This document shows, one piece after another, positions 34,955-46,421 of a DNA stretch of 64,000 nt. The stretch spans positions 62,001 through 126,000 of the forward strand of contig OZ251253.1 in NCBI GenBank assembly GCA_965240325.2, in the 5' to 3' direction. The notes under the pieces were generated by a model. It was not told the DNA's origin and ran no database searches. It saw only the letters and a program-made list of their open reading frames with translations. Each line of letters begins with the position of its first letter. Positions within the stretch are counted from its first letter, which is position 1. The stretch is from Rebecca billardiae RCC1528 (Eukaryota > Protista > Haptophyta). A program made the translations under genes and the position numbers.

Positions 34955-36131
34955 GATCTGTCACTGGCTCAACTCCTACAGCCAGCCCCCTCCTCGACCA
35001 GTGCAAGTTGACCAGTGCTCCGGCACCGGTCGGCACCCGCCCGCCTGCTGGCTCGCCGAGTGGCTTGTGAACCATTCGCCCGAAGGGGCGATGGCGAGCA
35101 CTGGGCGACGCGAGGGCCCGCGTGCGCAGCGCTCCCAAGGCCGCATGCGGGCTTGACAGCCGTGCGCGGGCGCTTTGCGGGGGCGAGAACACCCGTAGAC
35201 AGCAATCGCGCCGCCTCGTCCACGCCCTGGCCGCCCTCTCCGCGCGCAGAGACCTGCCGGATGGCAAGCGCAGTTCTGGAGAAGGCCTGTCCGACGAGCG
35301 TGATGGACACGCGTGCGCCCCTGGGACATTCAAAGGTCGGCTTTTTCGCTTCTGCGAGATGGGTATGGGTGTCTCAACATCACTGCTTCGCCGGCAGCCA
35401 TGCCGACATCGATCGGCAGGCCAGCAACGCGCAAGACGTGCATCTCGGTCGTGTGGCGTGCATGAGCCGCGAGCACTGGCACGACGTGCACGGCAAAGCC
35501 CGTCATGCGCCTCGACGCGCACGCGCCGCGGCGGACGACCGAGGAGGCGCGCGCAGGCTGGCCTTCTTGGCGGCGGCTGTCCGGGAGTGCCCGCGCACGC
35601 GCAACGCGTATTCAAAGAGCTCCCGGAAGGCAACGACTCCTATGGGACGCCTTGGGGACGCGCACGTTGCCTTTCGCCGCGCGAGGGCTCTTCGGGCGTA
35701 TGGTTTGCAAGCCAGTGGCAACCAGCGCGCGCGGTCCGGAGACGCAGGGCTGTTTTGTCACTTGCGAGTTCGGTCAATAGCTAGTTTCAGGGAAGTCCGC
35801 GGAAGATCGAATCTCATCCTGATACGCACTATCAGATGATCAGCTGTCCATCTGTGGAGCGGCATGAGCGATGAAAATATAGGGCTAAAGGCGCGATGCT
35901 CTTGATCATGCGGGAATGCACTCGATATCATAAATCCATACCGGCGTGGGTAATCCAAACTCTTTTTAACCAATCGTCGCGATATTACGACCCCACTTGT
36001 AAGTATGATCGTATTGGCGCGCGCTGAGGAATCTATCATGAATGCTATTTTAAACTATACGTGCCGGACCGCCCTGCACCGGACGGGCCCGGGGCTGACG
36101 AAACGGGCCAGACCGCCCGGGAGGCGCAGCC

Positions 36132-38843
36132 TCAGCGCGCGCCGTGGCGCGCGCCGTCCGCCTCGAGCAGCTGCGCGCACTTGGCGTTCGGGTCGCCGCT
36201 CGGATCGTCGATGACGACGGCACGCAGCTGGCCGTCCGACTTGGCGCCGTCGCGCTTCCGCCTCGCCTCGAACTGGTTGCACTCGCCGAACGCGAGCGTG
36301 TGCTGCTCGCCCACAAAGTTGGCGTACACGCGGCCGCCCTCGGCCGCGTCGAAGCCCCACTCGCCCAGGCCCCACGGCGTGGAGAGCAGCCCGCCGCTGA
36401 GGAAGAGCATCGGCTCCGCGCCGTCCCACGACCACGGCCCGCTGCCCTCCACCTGCGCGCCGCGCCGCGCGCCGCGCGCGTGGCGCGAGCGGCGTGAGCC
36501 GCGGGCGCGGCGGCGCGCGGACGCGGCCAGACGCGGCCGCGCGCGGCGCGCGGCCGCGCACCTTGGCTCGCAGCTCGGGCGGCGCGGCGTCGCGCGCGCT
36601 CGCCCACGCGGCGGCGCCGGCGGGCCGCTCGCCCACGAGGACGCCGGTGGTCGTGGTGCCCGTGCCGCGCCGCTTGCGCGTGCACTCGGCGCTGAAGCGC
36701 GCGGGCAGCGGCTCGGCCGAGCCGTCGGGCGGGTGCGCGCCCGGCGTGAGCACGCACGCCTCGTCGCACAGCGAGACGTCCACGCCCGAGACGTCCACGC
36801 CCGAGACGTCCACGCCCGAGACGTCCACGCCCGAGACGTCCACGCCCGAGACGTCCACGCCGCCGGCGGCGGCGTCGGCCGCGGCGGGCTGCCACGTGCC
36901 GGCGAGCGCGGCGGCGCCGGCGGCGCCGCCGCCCGCCTCGCCCGCGGGCGAGAGCAGCAAGCCGTCCGCGAGGAAGAACCAGCGCCGGCCGCGCCACGCG
37001 TACGGCCCGGCGCCGAGCAGCCGCTTGGCGGCCGGGTGCGCCGGCTCGAACCGGCCGGCGCCGCCCGCGCCCGCGCCCGCGCTCGCCCAGCCGGTGGTGC
37101 CGCGGCCCTCGGTGGGCCAGCCGGGCAGGTTGGCGGTGGCCTCGGCCCAGAGCGCGTGCAGCGTGTGCGCGCACGCGCCCGCGCACTTGGGCGGCGGCGC
37201 GAGCTCCTTGGGCGGGAAGGCGTTCATGTAGTTGCGCTTGTCGAGCGACCACTCGCCCTTGCGGGGGTAGGGCAGCCCCCGCGCCGTGTACTCGAGCCCG
37301 TACGTGTAGTGGAAGGTGTAGTAGCCCGCGGACTCGAAGGAGGCGTCGCAGTGCCACAGCGCGGAGGGCTCGACCTGGATCGTCGGCCACAGCTTGTGCC
37401 GGATCTTCATCCGCGCCGCCGCCAGCGTGTACCCCCACATCTCGAGCACCCAGCCGTACGCCGCGTTGGCCGCCGGGTCCCGCTTGAGCGCCATCGAGAG
37501 CGCAAACCAGTGCGGCGTCAGCTTGCGCAGCAGGTCGACGTGGATGATGACGGGCGAGGGGCCGATCGGGTCGACCGTGTCGCACGCGGTGTGGTACGGC
37601 CGCGCCGCCGCGCACAGCTTGCTGTCCTTCGCGTTCATGTACCCGAACGGGTAGCCGACCGGCAGCGTGGGCTGCGCCTTGTTTGGCAGCGGCCGCATGT
37701 ACAGGTGGTCCGTCTCCGCGATCAGCACGTACTCCTCCTTCACGTACTGGCGGAAGCGCGCCGACTGCATGAACTGGAGCACGCCGTACGGCCGGTTGAG
37801 CACGACGAAGCCGAGGTCGCCTGCCGGTCCGCGCCGAGGCGGCGGGGGGGGGGGGGGGTGGAGGGGAGGGCGCGCGGCTCGGCGCGCGGCGCGGCGCGCG
37901 GCGCGGCGCGGCGCGGCGCGGCGCGGCGCGGCCGCCGGCGCGGCCGCGCGGCGCGGCGCGCACCGCAGCGCTCAAAGCTGCACTGCAGCGTGTCGAGCGG
38001 GCAGTCGCACTCGGGCAGCGACGCGTCGCAGTAGCAACGCGGCGAGCGCAGCACCGCCTGCCAGTCGCAGTCGCACTCGGGCTTGTCCTTGCCCGCGACC
38101 ATCCGCTTGACGGTGAAGGTGGGCATCTCGTCGCACAGCTCGTCGCACCCGCCGTCGAACGTGTTGAGCAGCCGGGTGAAGCCGCCCATGTCGGAGCACG
38201 GGTGCTCCTTCTTGAGCTTGTTGAAGTGGTACCACATCATGCGCGACTGCCACTGCTGGTACGTCGACGAGTCCGCCGTCTGCACGACGTGGAACGGGCG
38301 GCGGCCGGCGGGGCACTCGCCCGTCGACGGGTCGGGCTCGGCCGGGCCGCTGTCGGCCTCGGGGCACGCGTCGCACGAGAAGGGGCACTTCTCGCGCATG
38401 TACGCCGGGTTCTTCGTGCACTCGCCCCCGCCCGCCCACGCCGAGCACAGCGGCTCCACGTCCGCGCAGCCCGGCCGGCCGCCCGGCTTGGCCTTGGCGC
38501 CGGCCGCGGGCCCGCGCGCCGCCGCGGACAGCGCGGACTGGCGCTTGGCCACGGGGTTGGGCGCGGGCTTGGCGCCGCCCGCGGCGGGGACGGGCGCCGA
38601 GCCGCCCGCGCGCGCGCTCGCGCTCGCCTCGGCGAGCGCCTCCAGCCGCTTGATGCGCGAGAGGATCGCGCGCTGCGACGCGGGCGACTCGCCGTCGTCG
38701 AGCGAGCCCCACGTGCACGCCATGCGGCCGGCCTGGAAGCCGGTGGCGAGGAGGAGCAGGTAGCCGACGAGGTGGAGCGTCGACGCGCCGCCGCCGCCGC
38801 GGTTGGCGCCCGCCGCGCCGCCGCCGCGCTGCACGGTCCCCAT
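36132..38843 (-). CDS. HPAT: Hydroxyproline O-arabinosyltransferase-like (GT95) type II membrane protein with ShKT domain; exons 38843-37964, 37820-36562, 36452-36132 (819 aa)
   Basis: N-terminal TM (LHLVGYLLLLATG) and ShKT (CADVEPLCSAWAGGGECTKNPAYMREKCPFSCDAC). HPAT motifs: FHVVQTA..YQQWQSRMMWY, MGGFTRLL, FVVLNRPY, EEYVLIAETDH, PIGPSP, GWVLEMWGY, HYTYG, GEWSLDKR. Two GT..CAG introns (37963-37821, 36561-36453) restore the frame. Confidence 0.9.
36772..36861. repeat. Perfect 15-bp coding minisatellite x6 (GVDVS repeats) within HPAT exon 2
   Basis: cgagacgtccacgcc repeated six times. Confidence 0.95.
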
Positions 38844-39000
38844 CGTGCGAGCCCTCGAGCGCCCGCACGCGCCCGTCGCAAAGCGCGCGGCTTGGGGATG
38901 CGCCCGCGCAGTGGCGGCAGGCGGCGAGAGAGCGCGCGCGGGTGGCAGTTGAGTGCGTCGCTCGAAGAGCGAGCTCCTGACCAAGCTCATCGGCGGCAGG
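38844..39000. promoter_or_regulatory. Putative bidirectional promoter between HPAT and PIP5K
   Basis: Only 157 bp separate the two divergent ATGs. Confidence 0.55.
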
Positions 39001-41041
39001 ATGGCGCCGCCGCGCGAGCCGAGCCGAGGCGCGCCCGCGCGGATCGGGCGGCCGATCCGCGAGGGGCACGCGTCGTACGCGATGACGCGCGCGATCAAGC
39101 TCGGCGTCGCGCACACCGTCGCGCAGGCCGCGTGCGACGCGCCGCGCCCGCTCGCGCTCTCCGACTTTGCCGCCGAGCTGCGCGTGCGCTTCCCGGCCGA
39201 GGGCTCGCGCCGCACGCCGCCGCACGGCGGCGAGGAGTTCGTGCTGCGCGACTACGCGCCGCTGGCGTTCCGGCAGATCCGGGAGCACTTTGGCGTCACC
39301 GCCGCCGAGTACGTCCTCTCCGTCGCCGGCGAGCACCCGCTGCGCGAGCTGGGCGCGCCCGGCAAGTCGGGCTCAGTCTTCTACCTCACACACGACGCGC
39401 GGTACATGGTGAAGACGGTGTCGCGGAAGGAGTGCCGCTTCCTCCGCGCGGCGCTGGGGCGGTACTACTGCTACCTCCTCGCCCACCCCTCCTCCCTCCT
39501 CCCGCGCTTCTTCGGCCTCGTCTCCCTCCGGCTGCGCGCGGGCGGCCGCGGCGCGCGGCCCGGCTCGTCGGCCGGCCGCGAGCGCGACAAGGTGCGGCTG
39601 CTGCTGATGAACAACCTGCTGCCGGACTGCTACGCGTTCGAGCGGTACGACCTGAAGGGCTCGTCGCTCGGCCGCCAGGCCTCCGCCGCCGAGCGCGCCG
39701 ACCCCTTCGGCGTGCGCAAGGACCGCGACTTTGCCGAGCGGCTGCGCGTGCCGGAGGACCTGCGCGCGCTGCTGTCCTCGCAGCTGCAGGCGGACTGCGC
39801 GTGGCTCGAGTCGCTGCACGTGATGGACTACTCGCTGCTGGTGGGGCTGCACTGGCCGGCGAGGGACGGGCGGGAGCGGCGGGACAGCGCCGCGCGCGCG
39901 CGCCGCCCGCCGCGCTCGCCGCGCTCGGGCGGCGCGTCGCCGCTCGACGGCGCGTCCGCCGCGCACGCGCCGCGCTGCCCGCTCTCGCCGCCCTCGTCCG
40001 ACGACGACGGCGCCGACGAGGCGCGCGCGCCGGGCGGGCGCGGGCTGTACGGCATCGACGGCGTGGCGGCGCCGCGGCCCGACGCCGACCTCGCGCGCCG
40101 CCTCCGCCCGTGGCCGCGCGTGCACGCCGCCGAGGCCGCGTTCCGCCAGCCGCGCCGCGCGAGGCACGCCGCCGCGGCCGCGCGCGCCGAGCCGGCCGCG
40201 GCCGCGCGGCTCGGCGACGGCGGCGCCGGCCTCGCCGCGGGCGGCGTGGACGACGGCTCGGACGCGCACTCCGCCGCGCACTCCGCCGAGGGCACGTGCG
40301 CCTCCGCCGCCAGCGGCGCCACGCCCTCGGGCGGCGCCACGCCGCCCGGCGGCGGCGCCACGCCCTCGCGGCGCGCGGCGCGCGCGTCCGCGGGCTCGTC
40401 GGCCGCCGCGCAGCCGCGCACCGAGCCGCCGAGCGGCGGCTCGGAGAGCGACGACGAGGCGGAGGCGGCGGCGGCGGCGCGGCGGGCGCGCGGCGCCGCC
40501 GCCGTGTTCGACGACTCGGACGACGCGTGGGACGGCGCCGCCTCCGACGGCGAGCTCGACCACCTCGAGCGCGCGCTCGCGGCCGCGCACCTGCCGAGCG
40601 CGGCCGCGCCGCGCCGCGCGTCCGCGCTGCCGACCGCCGCAGCGGCGGCGCTCAACCTCTCGCCGCGCCGCGCCAAGGACGGCGCGGTCGCGGCGGCGGC
40701 GGCGGCGGCGGCGGCGACGCGCGGCGGCGCGGCCGCGGGCTGCGCGGGGTGCGGCTGCTCCCGGCTGCTCAGCGTGCCGCTGCCGGGCGGGCCGCTGGGC
40801 GCGGCGCCGCGCGCGCCCTCGCCCTCCGAGCCCTCCGCCGACTCGGACGACAGCGAGGGCGGCGTGGGCGGCGGCGCGCTGCTCTTCGGGCGCGGGCTGC
40901 GCTCGATGCCCACGATGCCCGCCATCTTCCGGCCCGCGTCGAGCGAGAGCGCCGCGGCCGACTGCGCGGGCGGCGGCTCGGGCGGCGGCGCGGGCGCGGG
41001 CGGCGCGGGCGCGGACGCGCGCGGCCACCGCCGCTGCCAGA

Positions 41042-41072
<31 letters not shown>

Positions 41073-42160
41073 GTGCGCGGCCGAGGCGTCGCGCAAGCAG
41101 ACGCCGCCGTTCGCGCGCGCCATGTCGGTCACGTCGACGCGCGCGAACAAGAGCGCCTTCGCGCTCCCCGCCTCCAGCGGCGCGCCCGTCGAGGTCACGC
41201 CGCCCACGCGCGAGCAGCTCGACGCCGCGTTTGCCGCGTCCGCGCGCGCGGCGCGCCGGCGCGCGAGCGGCGCGGGCTCGGAGGGCGGCGCCGCGCCCGG
41301 GCTCGGCGGCGGCGGCGCGGACGTCTCCACCTTCAAGGCGGACGACGGCGGCTTCCGCTGCGTCTCCGTCCGCGGCGGCGAGGTGGAGGGCGTGCGCGTG
41401 TACATCGGCATCATCGACATCCTGCAGCAGTACACGCGCCTCAAGCAGATGGAGCACGCGTACAAGGCGGCGCGCTGGGCGTCCGAGAAGGAGGTGCGCG
41501 CGTGCGCACAGGGGCGCGTGCGTGCGCACAGGGGCGCGCGAGGGGCGCGGGCGCGCGGGGGCTCACGCCGCTGCCCCTCCGCCCGCCCCTCCGTGCGTGC
41601 GCGCGCGCGCGCGCGTCCACGCCCCCCAGGGCATCTCTGTCGTCTCGCCCGACAAGTACGCGGCGCGCTTCCGCTCCTTCATCCTCAACAAGTTCCAGCC
41701 GCTCTCCTCCTCCACCTCCGCGCGCGCGCCCGCGCTCGGCGCCGCGGCGGCGGGCGCGACGACGGCGGGCGCGGAGCACACGATCGCGCGTGCGCGCAGC
41801 TTCGCCGTCGAGCCGCTGCACGTCTCGCAGCGCGCCGTCTCGGAGCTCTCGGGGCGCGCGCCCACCGCGCTCGGCGCGGACGACGGCGCGCGCGCAGCGG
41901 CAGCCGGCTCGTCGAGCGACGAGGAGCCGCAGGGGGGCGGCGGCGCGGGCGGCGCGCGCGCGCGGCTGCCGCGCAGCCCGCGCGGCCCGCCGTCGCCGCG
42001 CACGAGCTCGCCCGCGGGGCGCGTGGCGAGCGCGCACGGCGACGCCGCGGCCGCGCGGCCGCCGACACGGCCGGGCGCGGGCGCGCCCTTGCCCGTCCGC
42101 AGGCGGAGCTCCGGCGCCGACTCGGCCAACTCGCGCGAGGCGGCCACGGGCGAGCAGTGA
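39001..42160 (+). CDS. PIP5K: Phosphatidylinositol-4-phosphate 5-kinase; exons 39001-41493 and 41630-42160 (~1007 aa)
   Basis: Motifs DYAPLAFRQIREHFG, PGKSGSVFY, YMVKT, LLPRFFG, YDLKGS, MDYSLLVG, GIIDILQQY. Intron 41494-41629 (GTGCGC..CCCAG) joins the conserved ISVVSPDKYAARFRSFI. Confidence 0.92.
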
Positions 42161-42202
42161 CGCGCGCGCCCGCCAATGATCAAATCGCTCGATCGCGCGC
42201 CG

Positions 42203-42750
42203 ATATATATATATATATATATATCGCGCATGCATCATAGCAGCGCGCAGAGTCGCTACTCACTCTCTACTAGTACTTGCTTCGGACCGTGGACGGATCG
42301 CGTCCGGTTCGGCTCATGGGCGAGTCGTCCTGCGACGATGACGAGCTAGTCGTCAGCGCTAAGCGCCGATTTAATAATATACGATATACCGCCGTTCGTC
42401 GATCGTCAGTCGGGCTATATGGCGGCCGGCTATAGCTACCGCGCCATCAGCGGCGACGCGGACATACTGCTACTGCTATATATATATATACTACAGGGCG
42501 CGGTCAGGGGCCATATAAGCATCTGCCGTATCCGCCGTACGGGCGCGCGCGCCGCGCGCGCGCGCCCTCTAAGACCGTATATATATATAATATATATATA
42601 TATATATTGTCGTGCGCACTCAGACGGACATCACAATGTGACAGACGACAATCTGTCGGCATCACTAGGGACCTTCCGTATCAGGATTACCTGCGCAGGT
42701 CCGACGTCCCTCAGGGGCCTGCGTATATATAATAATTAAATAAATACACG
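42203..42750. repeat. (TA)n microsatellite cluster / AT-rich island between convergent PIP5K and RhoGEF 3' ends
   Basis: TA runs at 42203-42224, ~42477-42490 and ~42578-42607. Confidence 0.85.
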
Positions 42751-43331
42751 TCAGCGACGTTACGCCTTATTTTCCAATAGAGCCGGATTCCTACTCCCCC
42801 AGCGCGTCGCGCGCGAGCTCTGAGCCGGTTGGCGTCTCAACGCGGTCTCCTCGTCTGCGCAGTTCGGTTGCCTGCTGCATCATCTCAGCAGACTATCAAT
42901 TAATATAAGAGTGACGAATAATAATCCGCGATGATCGACTACTACTGCGCGCGCGCGATTCACTCGATCGACGACCCGTGCCGCGGCCCGCCCCGCGGCG
43001 GCCAGTAGAGTAGTTGGCGGCCAGATCGTCAAGCTCGAGCGGGCCCGAAGTTCGTCCTCAGATGGCAGCAGCTAGCCCATCTATCGGATCAATCGTCTAT
43101 ACCTCGTCGTCACCCATACCGACCGTACCGACCCTTCCGCTCGCCACTCTGAGCCTTGCGCCGTCGTCAGACGAGCTCGCGCGCACGGGCGCCATCGCGA
43201 AGGGTGGGACCGCCCACCCCGCCACGGTCCGAATTCCGGCCCGCCGGTAAAGAGATATCATCGGCCCCGGACATCGTCCACGTGCGGCGGCCCAGCGGCG
43301 CGCAGCTCCGAGTGGACGGTCACTGGCCCAG

Positions 43332-45525
43332 TCACTGGCTGCTCGAGAAGAGCATGAACTGCAGCAGCGAGTCGCCGTCGTGCTTGGCGCTGGTGTGCTC
43401 GAGCATCTCCGAGATCTGAGAGAGCCGCGCGACGTGCACGCCGAGCTGGGACTGGAGCAGCACCTTCTGCTGCTCCGCGCGCGAGATGCGCAGGTCCGCC
43501 TCGAACACCGCCTGCAGCAGCGCGGCGAGCCGCTCGGACGACGCCTCGGCCGTGCCGCCCACCTCCGCCTCGGCCGCGTCGCGCGCGGCCCTCTCGTCCG
43601 CCACCTGCTGCTCGAGCTCGCGCAGCTGCTCCGAGATGGCGCACACCGCGCCCTCGACGTCGGAGCGCTCGGCCTCCGCCGCGTGCAGCTGCGAGCGCAG
43701 CATCGCGACGTTCTGCGGCAGGAAGGCGAGCGAGCGGCCCCGCTTCTTGAACGCCTCGAGCAGCGCCGCCACCTGCTTGCGCAGCGCCTTGACCCAGCCG
43801 TGCTTCTCGTCGAGCGAGCCGCACGCAAACGCCGCGCACCGCCGCCCGACCACCACCTCGAACGCGTGCAGCGGCGCGGCCGGCGCGGCGGCGGCGGCGC
43901 CGCCGCGCGCGCCGCCCGCGGGCGCCTCGGGCTCGGGCAGCGCGCGCACGCGCGCCTTGGCGAGCGAGAGCGCCTCGCGCACCGCGTGCCCGCCGAGCAG
44001 CGAGGGCGTGGCGAGCAGCAGCACGTCGTTGAACATGAGCAGCCGCAGCAGCCGCACGGGGCGGGCACCGCGGCCGCGCTCGACGCCGCCGCCGCCGCAC
44101 GCGCCGCCGCCGAGGGCGGAGGCGGCGGGCGAGCCGCCGCCCGGCGGCGGGATCTCGCGCACGAGGCCCTCGCGCACGAAGCGGCGGTGCGCGAGCGCCA
44201 GCCCGCCGGGCAGCGCCGCGCACCGCTCGTCCGCGCCCAGCTCGGCCGCGAGCGCCGCCACGCGCGCCGCCGCCTCCGCGTCGGCGATGGCGGCGTTGAC
44301 GGCGGTGCAGAGCTCCTTCAGGCGCAGCGCCGCCTCCTGCAGCGGCGCCGCCTCGGGCGCGCCCGGCGGCGTGAGCCCGAGCAGCCGCTCGACGAGCAGC
44401 AGGTACCTGCGCGGCGCGCGCGCGCGCGCGCGCTCGCTCGCGTGAGCGGCGCGGCGCGCGGCGCGCGGCAGCGGGCGGGCGCGGCGCACGGCGCGCGGCG
44501 CGCGCGCACCTGGGCACGCGCTGCACGGGCTGGATGAGCACGGTCTCGAGCGGGCAGCCCAGCGCCGCCTCCGCCTCGCGCACCACGCGCTCGACCGCGC
44601 CGCTCTCGCGCGCCTTGGCCAGCGCCGCGCGCGTGCGCGCGTACGAGGAGACGTGCGGCGCGTACACCTTGAGCAGCGGCAGCGCGCCCACCAGCGAGCA
44701 CCCCAGCGCGCGCGCGGGGCAGAGCGCGCGCAGCGCGGGGCCGACGGCGGCGAGGACGAGCGCGGAGACGTTGTGGATCACGCGCACGTTGCCCACGAGC
44801 GCGCGCGCGCCGCGCTCGCCCAGCGCGGGCAGCGCCTCGAGCGGGCGCACGAGCGCGCGCACGCACTGGCCGAGCGCGTCGCAGTAGCGCCGCTCGCTCG
44901 ACACGAGCTCGGCCGCCACACACCGCCGCGTGAGCCCGCGCTTGATCGGGCCGCGCCACGCGCGGCGCGCGGCGACGCCGCGCGCGCGCGCCTGCACGAA
45001 CGTCGCGGCGGCGTGCGCCTTGCCCCACGGCGCCGCCTCGCCGCCGCCAGCCGCCGCGGGCGTCGACGCGCGCGCCGCGCGCAGCGACGCGCCGCGCGCG
45101 GACGCGGGCAGCGGCCGGCCGGCGAACGCGAGCCGCGCGGCGCTGATCGACGTGGCCGAGATGGTCGCCGGGCGCACGAAGGGCGAGGGCGCGCCGACGA
45201 CCACGCCCGCGCTCGAGCGCGCCGAGAGCGGCAGCGTCACCGAGCCGCCGGGCAGCGAGCCGCCGCAGCGCGCGCCGCAGCCGGCCGCGGCCGCGCGCGC
45301 GGCCGCCTCTGCCGCGCACGCCGCGCCGCCCGCCGGCGCCGAGCGCACGGCGGGCGACGGGCCGTGCGGCGGGAGCAGCGCGCGCGCCGGCGAGGGGAGC
45401 GACACCGGCGGCGGGCGCGCGAAGCCGCCCGGCTCCTCCTCCGCCGCCGCCGCCGGTGCCGCCGCCGCCGGTGGCGGCGGCGGGCGTGGCGGCGGCGGCG
45501 GCGGCTCGCGCGCTGGCTGCGGCGC

Positions 45526-45557
<32 letters not shown>

Positions 45558-46105
45558 CGCCCAGCTCGGCGACGGCGTCGAGCGGCGAGGCGGAGGCGGC
45601 GGGCGAGGCGGCGAAGAGGCCGGCGCCCGGCTTGGGCGAGTCGGGCCCCACGCCGCACAGCACGGCGATGCGCCACTCCGCGTGCAGCTCCTCGTGGTGC
45701 TGCGCGGCGCGCGCGCACAGCGCCTCGAGCCGCGCGCGCACGACCTCCGCGTCGAGCGAGCCCGCGCACGCGGCGCGGTGCAGCTCGGCGCACGAAGTGC
45801 GGAGCGCGTCGGCGCGATCGACGTGCGCGTGCAGCTGCGCGGCCAGGCGGGACCACTCGGGCGCCTCGCCCCGCGGCGACGCGGCGGAGCGCGCGCGGTG
45901 CGAGCGCCGGCTCCGCGACCTGCGCGCGCGCGCGCAGGTCGCGGCCGACGCGCTCAGCGCGAGGCGGCGGGCGCGAGGCGGCGGGCGCGTCGGCGCGCGC
46001 GCACCTGCGCGTCACTTTGAGCGAGCCGGGCGGCGAGCTGAGCACGTTTGAGCTCTCCTGCAGCACTGGCGGCTGCTCGGCGCCGCTCGGCCCGGGCGTC
46101 GCCAT
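43332..46105 (-). CDS. Dbl-family RhoGEF (IQ + DH + PH + C-terminal coiled coil); exons 46105-46005, 45919-44510, 44406-43332 (861 aa)
   Basis: IQ motif AATFVQARARGVAARR. DH domain ELVSSERRY...LIQPVQRVPR|YLLLVERLL..TP...VNAAI. PH domain RRFVREG..MFNDVLL..EKHGWVKAL. Canonical introns at 46004-45920 and 44509-44407. Confidence 0.85.
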
Positions 46106-46421
46106 GGCTGCTGTCGTCTTCAGTGTGGTTTGAACGCGGGCGCGCGCGCCAAAAAGCGCGCGCTTCCATCGTCAGTTTCGCAGAGGACCGACCTCCCGGA
46201 CTTTCTATGTTTCGGCCCCGTCGACCGTCGCGTGCATCGCGCGAAACACGGTCGAGACTCGAGACGTCGTCCACGCCCGTCGCGGCGGCAGGAGCAACGG
46301 GCAGCGCCGCCACGCGGCACCGGCACCGGCACGCGCGCTCCGCTTGCGCGCACCCGACTGCGCAGCGGCGCGGCGCGTGCGCGCGTGCGGACGGCGTGGG
46401 CCAGGCCCAGGCGCGGCGCGC

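Noticed and set aside
7479-35156. 9225-aa + strand Gly/Ser/Thr-rich ORF, plus 75..2678, 2796..5792 and 5910..7394
   Set aside because: Antisense shadow of the minus-strand gene. It has GTG starts and is broken by stops at 2678, 5792 and 7394, while the minus frame stays open and has an ATG, a leader and folded-looking domains.
23365-35633. Minus-strand poly-Arg (3800 aa) and AAEP (1659 aa) ORFs; + strand AAGS ORFs
   Set aside because: Alternative frames of the 12-bp SPPP repeat, interrupted by stops at sites that are silent in the SPPP frame.
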